A stretch of 64,000 bases of DNA from Eledone cirrhosa. Lineage: Eukaryota. Below are positions 33,395 through 44,181 of this stretch, one piece after another. A program made the translations under genes and the position numbers. The stretch covers positions 19,840,001 to 19,904,000 of the forward strand of contig OZ024744.1 in NCBI GenBank assembly GCA_964016885.1. The letters are read 5' to 3'. The notes beneath the pieces were generated by a model. The model saw only the letters and a program-made list of their open reading frames with translations, was not told the origin of the DNA and ran no database searches. Within the stretch, counting starts at the first letter, position 1; each line of letters begins with the position of its first letter.

Positions 33395-35394
33395 GTTATT
33401 AATTATTATGATCTATGGCTAGGGCTGATAGACCGAAGAATTTTGACATAACGATGGGTTTTTCGGATTCAACCCAAGTTACAGCCCACGTGGGCATCTT
33501 TATCCTTAACATGATAAATAGAAAATTGCCGGAGATTGCCGGAGGTTTATATAGGGATGACATACTATTTATTGTGGAAACACATAAAAATAGCGAACTA
33601 AATAGAAAAAAAAGCAATTATAGAATTTTTCTAAAAATTACGACCTGAAATTAGAAATAGAAAATAATAATAAAATAGTTAACTTTTTGGATGTGACTCT
33701 AAACCTTAACTCAGACCTTTATTACCCTTTGTACAAATTTAATGAGAACTTAAATTATGTTAGTTTTTATTTTAATCTTCCTAAAAGTGTATATGGTTCA
33801 TTGATGATTCAACGAATTCAATTTTACAATAGATTAGAAGCACTCGACAAGATTTATCTGGAGTATCTATAATATTATTCAAAATTTTTATTCATAATAT
33901 TAATAAATTAATATAGAGGTCAGGAATACCCAGAGGCCTAAAAGATAAAATTGAGGACATGAAAAAAACCAAATAAGATCTTAGTTATATCGGATAAAAC
34001 GAACAACCTATATGGGATGGAAAAAGTAAAATATAATAATGTGATTTTAAAAAAACTGAGAAAAAATTATCAAAAGGCCTCAAATAAAGATTTATGAGAC
34101 ATAAATAAAGAAGCCTATAAAATTATCACCAACCTAGGTATCGAGCGTAAAACAGAACCTTTCCTACCAAAACAGCCGAGGATTAATATGAAAGACCATA
34201 AAAAACTTTGAGGAAGATTTACCAGTAAGACATATATCACCTTCTAAATTCGATATAGGAATCATTAGCAAGAATATAATAGATAGGATTATACAACACT
34301 TAAATCTATAGAAAGGTACAAGTGAAGTTATAGATTGGTTCATTAATATTAAGTATAAAAATAATTATAAGTTTATTCAAATGGATATAGCTAGTTATTA
34401 TTCCTCGATAACTCCCAATTTATTAAATATGGCGCTATTATATGCATACAAAGACACATACCTCTCTAGTGAGGAGATAAATATTATATTAACAGCAAGG
34501 TGAACTTTGATAGATTTTAATAATGATCTCTGGACTAGGGCTGATAGCCCGAAGAATTTTGACATTACGATGGGTTTTTCGTATTCAGCCCAAGTTACAG
34601 ACCTAGTGGGCATCTTTATCCTTAACGTGATAAATAGAAAATTGCCGGAGATTGCCGGAGGTTTATATAGGGATGACATACTATTTATTGTGGAAAAACA
34701 TAAAAATAGCGAACTAAATTTAAATTACGACCTGAAATTAGAAATAAAAAATAATAATAAAATAGTTAACTTTTTAGATGCAACTCTAAATTTTAACTCA
34801 GGCCTTTATTACCCTTTCCACAAATTTAATGAGAACTTAAATTATGTTAGTTTTTATTCTAATCCTCCTAAACTTTTTAAAAGTCGATAGTTAATAGTGT
34901 ACAACAACGAATCTCGAGGCTTTCAGCTAATAGATCTATATTTAATGGTAAGGCAGAATATTATAATGAAGCGCTACATAAAGCTGGATATAACAATAGC
35001 ATTGAGTATATAGATAAACATACTGAAATCCAACAAAATAAAATTAATTATAATCATCATAAAAATGAATATAAACACAACTGGAAGTATAAATCAAAGA
35101 AGAAAGTAAGAACTAGATCTATAATTTGGTATGCACCGCCAGCATCCTTAGGTATTAAGACACCTGTAGCACACTTATTCATCAAAGCTTTAGATAAATG
35201 CTTCCCTAGATCTCATATATATTACCCTATCTTCAATAGACACACAGTTAAGCTCTCTTACTCAACTACTATGAATATAGCTCAAAATATAGCAAAAATA
35301 AATAAGAATCTAAAATCAAACCAACCTCTACTACTACTAATAATAATAATATATTAATTAATGGAAATAACAATAATAATAGTCTAAACATGAA

Positions 35395-35490
35395 TAATAG
35401 TATACTGCCTTTAAATAGCAATGTGAATAGTATAATACCGTTAAATAACAATGTGAATGATATAATACCTTTAAATAACAATGCGAATAA
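35395..35490 (+). repeat. ~30-bp tandem repeat (about 3 units) in the PLE RT-endonuclease linker
   Basis: Units like TTAAATAACAATGTGAATAGTATAATACCG, translating to NSIIPLNNNV-like repeats. Confidence 0.8.
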
Positions 35491-36816
35491 ATGTAACTGT
35501 AGAAATAGGTCCGCATGCTCACACAAAATAATTGCCTTGATAAAAATCTTGTATACAAATGTACCATTACGTCAAATGGTAATGTCTATAATTACATAGG
35601 TGCCACTTCATCTAAATTTAAGGACCGTTGGTATATTCACAAACATACTTTTAATAGACCGGATAAAAAATTCTCAACTTCACTTTCACAATTAGAATGG
35701 TCATTAAAAGATAATAACATTTAATACTCCATCTCTTGGAGAAAAAAATTAAGTTTGTTATCCCTTACCGGAACTCGACAATCTCAGAATTTTGCCATCT
35801 TTGCAACGAGGAAATCTTTCACATAATCATCAACTATAACAAATTAATTAACAAAAAAAAATGAATTATTTAGTTCTTGTCTTCATAAAATTGGTAAGAC
35901 TTTCCAGGCAATGTACCAGTTCCAAAAGAATATGGACAAATAACACCTTGAATATATGCAAATTTGCCCAATTGAAGTAAAACTTATAGATATTTATGTA
36001 AGGGCATAACCTCATTGAGAGTTTTTTATCCTACGAATTGATTAGGTTAGTTCACTATTTAATTAGACCTTAATTAAGATATATAGATTAGATATGTTGA
36101 GGAACTTAAAAAATCGTTGGATGAGAGAGAAGATATTCCCTGTAAGATAAACATTTTTTTTTTTGGCATTGTAAAAGAGTTATTTCCTTTTGTTTACACT
36201 GTCCGTAAACTATATCATCTTGCAAAAAAATATATATAAAATATAGATTAATAAATAATAATTAATTGTTTAATAGTACATAGACTATCATTAAACTTAA
36301 ACTCTATATATTAGAATAATTAAGTAATGAAGTAAATATAAATATAACCCGTCATTACGTGAAATGATGTTTATGAAGAGTAAACATAACCACATGTAGA
36401 TTTTAAAAAATAAATGAAAATATATAAAAAATAACGAAGTTTCACCTAAAGTGGAATTTTGAATTAATTTGCATGATAAATGAATAAAATATATTATATA
36501 TTGATGTAGATATATCCATTTTTAATATATTTTAATAGTTATTTAATAGTTATTTAATAAACATTAAAGATAAAATGTTTAATTGTGCATTATAATGCTG
36601 AATAGAATATATAACAATATCTTACCTTATAATAAAACATTGTCATAATCTAGAATGAGTTAAATTAAATTAAATTAATTTAAGGATATAAATATGTAAG
36701 AACTTAAAATTTTGATTGCCGTAGAAATTAATCTATGCCCAATAATCTAGATATATTATAAACCTATAATTAATTAAAGCGTAATTCAATGCAAGCGGCA
36801 TTCATTGATAAATAAT

Positions 36817-36929
36817 TGTTTCTACTCTTTGGCACAAGCCCAGCAATTACCCAGTCCATTACTGGTACTTTATTTTATCGACCCCGTAAGGATGAAAGGT
36901 AAAGTTAACCTCGGCGGGATTTGAACTCA
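36817..36929 (-). mobile_element. 5'-truncated tRNA-derived SINE with target-site duplication
   Basis: B-box-like GAGTTCAAATCC on the minus strand; homologous to the SINEs at 60.87-61.22 kb; CATTCATTGATAAATAAT repeated at 36799-36816 and 36928-36945. Confidence 0.85.
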
Positions 36930-37289
36930 TTCATTGATAAATAATAAGAATACTTTTTGAATTTTCTGTCTAGGGTCTGAATACAACGGTTTATTTTATC
37001 GTCTCCTTTTCTTTATCATTTCCTTTTCTTATTTTTTCTATTTCCCTTCTTTTTTCTCTCCGCATCTTCCCTTTCAATTTCCCTTCTATATTTCTTTATA
37101 AATGTTGAGTGTTGGGGAAATAACTTATTCCACTACAGGGATTGTCGTATATCCAATCTCTTATATATTTTGTCTGATGAAAACTTACTGAAACATCTTT
37201 GTACCTTTGAAATATGTATAATAAAATATATACTTTGGTTTTGATAATATTTCTCATTTCTTAATATTTTGAATAATATTATATATGTA

Positions 37290-37313
37290 TGTATATATAT
37301 CTGCATATATATA

Positions 37314-37410
<97 letters not shown>
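37290..37410. repeat. (TA)n then (GA)n microsatellite; further (TA)n/(TG)n tracts at ~38068-38490, 39237-39310, 43490-43561, 51692-51791, 52369-52485, 60477-60548, 61294-61475, 62260-62520
   Basis: Directly visible dinucleotide repeats. Confidence 0.97.
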
Positions 37411-37411
<1 letters not shown>

Positions 37412-37615
37412 TACAAATAAAAGGGTTATTAACTCTGAGTTATTAACTCTGCCTTTTATTTGTATTTCGGCTCCCTACTAGGTGAGCTTATAAGTTGGGT
37501 GTATCAGGCTATTGTTTCTAGCCAATCCACTCACACCACTTTTGACTTCTAGCACACGAGGTGAAATATTCATTCGTGTGGCTTTCGGTTTAGGTGTTTG
37601 TTTCATTTAATCTAT

Positions 37616-37701
37616 TTTCTCGCTGATGATGCCCACGGATTATCTGTTACAAACACAATTCTCATGGCGAAACAGATTAAATCCATAATCTGTCCGGGAG
37701 A
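37616..37701 (+). ncRNA. Type I hammerhead ribozyme (in a ~430-bp PLE-like remnant, 37411-37840)
   Basis: Stem I TTTCTCG/CGGGAGA; core CTGATGA (37623-37629); stem II GCC/GGC after one extra T; GAAA (37669); stem III CAGATTA/TAATCTG; GTC cleavage triplet ending at 37694. Confidence 0.8.
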
Positions 37702-37845
37702 TGTAATAATTATTGAGGCAGTCTGTATATATTTTATTTTATTTTATGTATATTCCGTTTGCTTCTGATAACATTTTTCAAACAAATGTGGCATTTCAAA
37801 CCTCGTAATTTTAGACACGATTTACTGTGTTTATTACTACATATA

Positions 37846-38192
<347 letters not shown>

Positions 38193-38385
38193 TGTGTATA
38201 CATATATATATATATATAAATATATATATACATATATATATATATATACTGTATCACACTTTTTTCTCTCCCCTCCTTTCTTATGATACATATCTCCTCT
38301 TATGTATATGCATATATGTATATATACATATATGTATACATATATACATATATACATATATATATATGTACATGTATATATATAC

Positions 38386-38434
<49 letters not shown>

Positions 38435-38494
38435 CATACATACATATATATATATATATGTTTATATACATATAAATATATATATATATTAAAA

Positions 38495-39234
38495 TACAAA
38501 TATTAACAAATTTCAGAGGTACAACAGTACGTCCTCATCAGACAAAATATAATGATACATGACATACCCTGAGATGTTAAATAGTTAAGATTTAATCAAA
38601 TTAGTGATTAACCTAAGAGAAAACTCAACATGTATACCCTAATAATGAGAAAATGCGAAAACGTAATAATATCAATAGAGGATGTATGAGTAAGAAAAAC
38701 GTTGCTTAATGTGACAGCTATAGAGATTTTAAAATGTGGGATACTACAAGTTATGGTTATCTAGGAAAACGTCTTTTGAATTATAACTGTTTATGAAGGC
38801 AACTGAAAGAAGATTTAAAGAGAGGGAGAGATAAATGGGAGTAATATATGCAGAAACATTTTTTTCCCTTAAAGGCTAAACGGTTAAGTTTCAAAATATT
38901 TAATTTATGTTATTTTAAGAGTGAAGAATCAAAATTTTAAGTTTTTTTAAAAGTTGATGGTTATTTATACTTATTCATTTTATAAATTCTATAAATGTGT
39001 TAACATTTCTAAAATTCTGAATTTTATGAGGACAAAATTTAAAGGATTTACTTGGCCAGCGAAAGGATAATTTATACTGTTGAATATTTTCCTAAATGTA
39101 ATCTTTAACGAAAATTACCTATAAGAATGTCAACATTTTCGGTATGTAAAGCTTATGAAGTACTTATTGTTAGAAATATCTAAAAGTTAATTGTCAACTA
39201 GTCAGTGTAATGATTAACGCAGAGTTTTCAGCCA

Positions 39235-39236
<2 letters not shown>
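38495..39236 (-). mobile_element. Probable PLE 3'-end remnant with degenerate hammerhead motif
   Basis: Minus strand TATATTTTGTCTGATGAGGACGTAC-TGTT-GTACCTCTGAAAT (38510-38551) resembles the motif at 37165-37225; bounded by (TA)n. No coding evidence. Confidence 0.45.
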
Positions 39237-39314
<78 letters not shown>

Positions 39315-42300
39315 TGTGGAATTATGGTAATAAATTAATATTTGTTATATTATATTAAATCTCTATATAAGTTCTACCTTCATGATAGCAATACTATGAA
39401 GAAATAGAAGGCAATAAAATGAAGTAAACAGAAAATAAATAATAGATAGAGAATAAATGAAAAATTAATGAAAAGGTAATGAAAAAGTAATGAAAAGTGA
39501 ATATGGAAAATGAAAAATGAAAATGAAAATTGAAAAATAAAATGAAGATTCGAATAAAATAAGATAAAATGCGTGTGTGCTATAATCAATCTCAAGGTCA
39601 GAAATATGTTGGATAGATTGGTAGGAGGAACAAGATGGTAAAAGAATAAAACGAAATAGGATAATCAAATAAAATGTATGTGTGTTATAACCAATCTCAA
39701 CTTAAATATAAATATAAGGTGATAAAGTGAAGAAAACAGAAAGCAAATAACAAATGAATAATGAGAAATCAAAATTGAAAAATCAAAAATCAGGTAAATT
39801 AAAATGTGTGTGTGTTATACAGATGTTGGCCAAATTATAAAGGCTGTGTCAGAATCAATATATAGGCTATCATGGTGTCTGCTCAGCCTGGGTTGGACTC
39901 TATGGCTTGAGGGGAGTTCCCAACCTATGGTGTTGTTACTGCCCATATAGCTTGAGGAGGTTTGGCCGAGAGGTGTCTACATGTTCTAGAGAAGTCCCTA
40001 TAGCTTGAGAGGAGTTCACATCTTATTGTGTTGCTACTGTCCATATATCTTGAGGAAGGTCTCGGTCCTGAGGTGTCTGCATGTCCCGAAGAAATCGGTT
40101 CTGAGGTTTATCAGGCCGCTTCCACCTCTTTGTATCTCGTGGGTATCGTTCAGACATAGTTTGCATATGTAAGATCCCCCTTTATCGGGTGAAACTTTCT
40201 TGATTATAGACCAGGCCAGAGAGTACGGGGTCCTGTCCAGATTAAGCTTCCAGATCAGGTCGGAGAGAGCCGTGCTTTTCCTTTTGGCCTCCTTATTGAA
40301 GGAATGGCGATGGTTATTCCAGCGGTCTTTAAAGCTCGTTGATGTGGCTCCTATGTAGAGGTGTTCGGAGTTGGGGGTTTTTAATCCTATAACCGTATAC
40401 TAGGTTCTTCTTAAAGCATTCTTACCAAGGGGGCATGATTCGGGGTTTCTGCAGTTGCAGAGGGTGGTCGACCTTTGCGTGCCTAGATTGGGGTTCCCGT
40501 TAGGTGTTATATGGTGGTCTTCCCCCAGGCGCCGTGAGGGGTCCCGGGTCTGTTTGGGTTTCTTGGGTGGGCACTGGGTATCCCCTTCCCTCATTTCACA
40601 TGGTTCTGCTGAGTGCTTGTATTGCCATCTTCTGGTTGTGTGTAGTTTTTAAGCCTATTCCTGTTGATGCTAGCTATGTGTTGAGCCAGATTTCTAGTGG
40701 TGGAATACGAGAGCTTCACAGTGTGTCTGTTGAAGATCTTGTGGTATCTATGGACCCTCGGGAAGCATTTATCAAGTGCTCCAAAGAATGATCAGGCCAA
40801 GCTGTTCTTTAGGGCCGCTGAGTAGGGTGGGTTGTACCACGTGATTTTTCTGTGTGTCCTCCTATATGTGTGGGTCGGGGGGCGTCGTGAGTTGATGGAG
40901 ATTTGTTGGGTTGCTGGTGGTTCCCGCATTGTTGATTCCCCTTTGGGCGCTATGCATTTTGCTATCTTCACGGCCCGAATCTGTGGGGTGGTCGTTGCCC
41001 GCGCTGGGAGATCTATCGTGGGGTGGTCCCCTGATTCCCCCCACGTGTCCTGCAGTTGGGGTCGTCGGGCCCGGGGTGGTTAGCATCACCCCTGAGACTG
41101 CTACTCATACTGGGTTTCATCCCATGGTTAAGCGTACTCGTCACCAACGCCCGTGTGGTGGTGTCGGACTCATGGTGCCTATTTGTTTCTCTTCTGCCTG
41201 TATTGTTAGTGTTCGACCCTCCCCGGGCAACGCGGTTGTGGGTGTCCGTTGGGCCATCCCCATCCCGGCGTTTTGGATTATATGCTATATTTTGGCCATG
41301 TGCCGCCTTATTTAGAGCTGCGTTGTAATATTCCAAGTTGTTATCGAATATTTCCTTACTTGCGGACAGGCTGGAGATCCTGTCCGACACACTCTTCACG
41401 GCCTTGGTTATGGATCTAGGGTGGTTTGACTTGGCGTTAACATACACGAGTTTCTCATTGGGCTTCTGGTAGGGGAACTATTGTTCGGTGTTCAGGTTTA
41501 GGGTGGTGTCTAGGAAGTTAAATACCTTTCTATTTGGGTCTAGTTCTATACTGAGACCCTGGTTCTTAAAGAAATGGCGAATACGTCTCCTCATTCCCTC
41601 CAACATATTGGTGCTGTGGTCATATACTGTAAAGAGAGCATCGTCACGATATAATCCGCCGCCCAGGCATGGGGATTTCATCTTTTATCTGCTTTAGCAG
41701 GAAGAGCCCAACCAGGTCAGTTACCTGTGCTGAGTCGCTGGAGCCCATCGTGATGTCAAAGTTATTTGGCCAATCACTCCTGGTCCAAAGGTCTCCATCG
41801 AAACAGATTAACGTCTTTCTTGTGGCGTGGATGATGCTCACCTCCTCTCGGGTTAGGTCCGTATTGGACATCGCTGAAAATAGGGCCTTATTGAGTACTA
41901 TGGGTGAGATTGAGGAGTAGTAGTCTGCGATATCCAGTTGTATAAAGCTGGTCTTACTTTTCTTATGCAGTATCTTAAACCATTCTATTACCTTTCCCGT
42001 GCATGACCATTGCTGTAATTTAGTTTTCTTCCGAAGTTTGGGCAAAATCCTGTCTAGTATTCTTTTACTGACGATCCCTAGGTCAGATCTGGATTGGGCT
42101 ATTAATCTGACAGGGAGGTCGGACTCTAAGTTTGGCTTGTGATATTTAAGGGTAATCCGCGGCTCCCTGGGTTGGTTGGGACCGTCCTGTCCTCTATGTC
42201 GAGTCTAGATATAATCCTGTAAGCTGTGGCATTGATCTCATCCAGGGTAAATCCAGATGTTTTTTGTAGCACTTCCTCGGTTCCCTGAGAATTAGCTTAT

Positions 42301-43484
42301 TATACAATTCAGTGTTCATGTTGTCGAGGTTGTTGGTTTTGTCAGCATGGACAAGTATTCCAGTTGTCTCTTTAAGTACTGTAATCCGGTTTCTCAGGTG
42401 TCTGAGGTACTCCTGACTTCTGGTTGGGTTTCTGGAGAATTTGAGGTTGGATATGATGTTAATCATCTCGTTTTCAAACTCCTCCATTAGTCTGTTGTGG
42501 GGAGATTCCTCCTTGATCGAAAAAGGTACTCCATGTTTTGGTAATTTTTTGCGTTCCTCTTTCGAACTGGAAAGCCTTCCATATCATCCTACGGACGAGG
42601 GAGTCCGTACTCTTGATGAGATCACTGGTGTATTCTCGTTTGTCTGGTAGGGGGATGCCTTATATTTCTTCATATACATGGTAGAACGCCCCCATCACCA
42701 CCACCACCACCACCACACATCACGGGAGATGGTGGCAGGAGGGATGAAGAAACACACACACAGATACTTCTAAATTGTCAGCAGCAGCAAAACATAAGCT
42801 GACCACAATACCAACAAAACTACCAAAATAAGGGTAGAGGTCTGATGTACTTAACAATAGCAAACACAAACACTATAGGGAGCGTTACCCCAGAAAGAAT
42901 TTCTATAGACTTTGGACTGAGGAATGCTCTCAAAACTGACCAATGGGAGGTTTGACCTTACACATTTTATAACATTGAGATGGGTATAACACACGCACAC
43001 ATTTTATTCGATTATTTTATTTTATTTTGTTCCTTTACCATCTTATTCCTTCTATCACTTTATCACTTTTTTTTAGCTGACTCCAACAATAACACCACTA
43101 CCAACACAAAATAGAGATCAGATGTACCTAACAATAACAAGAACAACAACTAAAGATTGGCTTGCCTCAGAACGAATTTCTATAGACTTTTGACTGAGGA
43201 ATCTTCTAACAACTGACCAATGAGAGGAGAAGAGGCCCTTTGACGCTGAAATTCGTTTGTTTCAATTCATATGATTCCAGTTCCTCAGTGAAATAACAAC
43301 CCAACCAGGAACTGGGCATATCAGAGTATTGACAAAGTTATACACCTCAACAACATGTGTACTCGTCTCTACCACACTAATTCGGACTGCCTGAAGAGGT
43401 CACAGCCAAAGATGGCTGTCACCGAAATATATATAGCAGTAATAAACGAAGCCAAATTTTAAACATTTGACTTATTTATTTTAT

Positions 43485-43490
<6 letters not shown>
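39315..43490 (-). mobile_element. Degraded Nematis-type Penelope-like element (minus-strand ORF ~40100-42600) with an inverted pseudo-LTR at 42.7-43.5 kb
   Basis: ADKTNNL, FIQLDIADYYSSI, NFDITMGSSDSAQVTDLVG, GGLYRDDAL, NFLDTTLNL, SNHPRSI, CNCRNPESCPL. 42975-43060 is the reverse complement of sequence like 39620-39700. Confidence 0.8.
43386..43440 (+). ncRNA. Minimal PLE-type hammerhead ribozyme
   Basis: Stem I ACTGC/GCAGT; CTGAAGA; stem II GGTCACAGCCA/TGGCTGTCACC (one mismatch); GAAA; palindromic TATATA stem III; cleavage after ATA (43435). Confidence 0.85.
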
Positions 43491-43563
<73 letters not shown>

Positions 43564-43967
43564 AGTAAGTTTGTTTTGAAACAGTGAGCAGGTTTGAAAT
43601 TAGAAAGTAGAATAGCTTTCACCGTATTTTTGACTAAAGGAATTTTAGCCTGATAATGGGGTTTAGAACCCTCAGATAAAGAGAAAAAGATGAGTATTGA
43701 CGTACATGGGAGTTAATACACATATACACATATACACCTCTTTCTGTGTTTTGAGGCTCACTTAAACTGCTGCCCTTTTAGCAGCACTATTTCACCCTTA
43801 GATACCATTTGGTTGATTCTGTAATACCACCATTTCATCAATATCTAACTTAAACCTTTAGCTAAAGTTTAGCATTTAAACCGGCCATATCCGGCCAGAA
43901 TTCCCTCACTTCTTTCCGTTTATACCGGCAGTAACTGGTCATTCATACTGATGTTAAGGTATTTATA

Positions 43968-44181
43968 CATATAGAGTAATGTAAATGTTATGTGAGATAT
44001 TATGTGAAGTAAAGCTTTTACTGTGAAAATACAATAGTATATATAGAGTAATGTAAATGTTATGTGAGGTAAAGCCTTTACTGTGAAAATACAATTGTAT
44101 ATATAGAGTAATGTAAATGTTATGTGAGATATTATGTGAGGTAAAGCCTTTACTGTGAAAATACAATAGTATATATAGAGT
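43968..44181. repeat. 72/60-bp minisatellite, left part (continues at 49807-49955)
   Basis: Unit ATATATAGAGTAATGTAAATGTTATGTGAG[ATATTATGTGAG]GTAAAGCCTTTACTGTGAAAATACAATAGT; about 3 units left and 2 units right of the Tx1 insertion. Confidence 0.93.

Larger units (their letters stand above)
33409..37290 (+). mobile_element. Degraded Penelope-like element (Nematis-type RT + C-terminal GIY-YIG) with a duplicated RT fragment at its left end and a long AT-rich 3' region
   Basis: FIQMDIASYYSSI, NFDITMG, GGLYRDDIL, NFLDATLN; CNCRNRSAC..LVYKCTI..YIGATSSKFKDRW. 33410-33790 repeats ~34525-34875. Degenerate CTGATGA..GAAA at ~37174-37222. Confidence 0.8.

Noticed and set aside
5833-33408. Repeat-spacer look of (TTA)n separated by unique-looking blocks (CRISPR-like or telomeric array)
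   Set aside because: The spacers are kb-scale retrotransposons, there are no cas genes, and no TTAGGG/TTAGG telomeric repeats are present.
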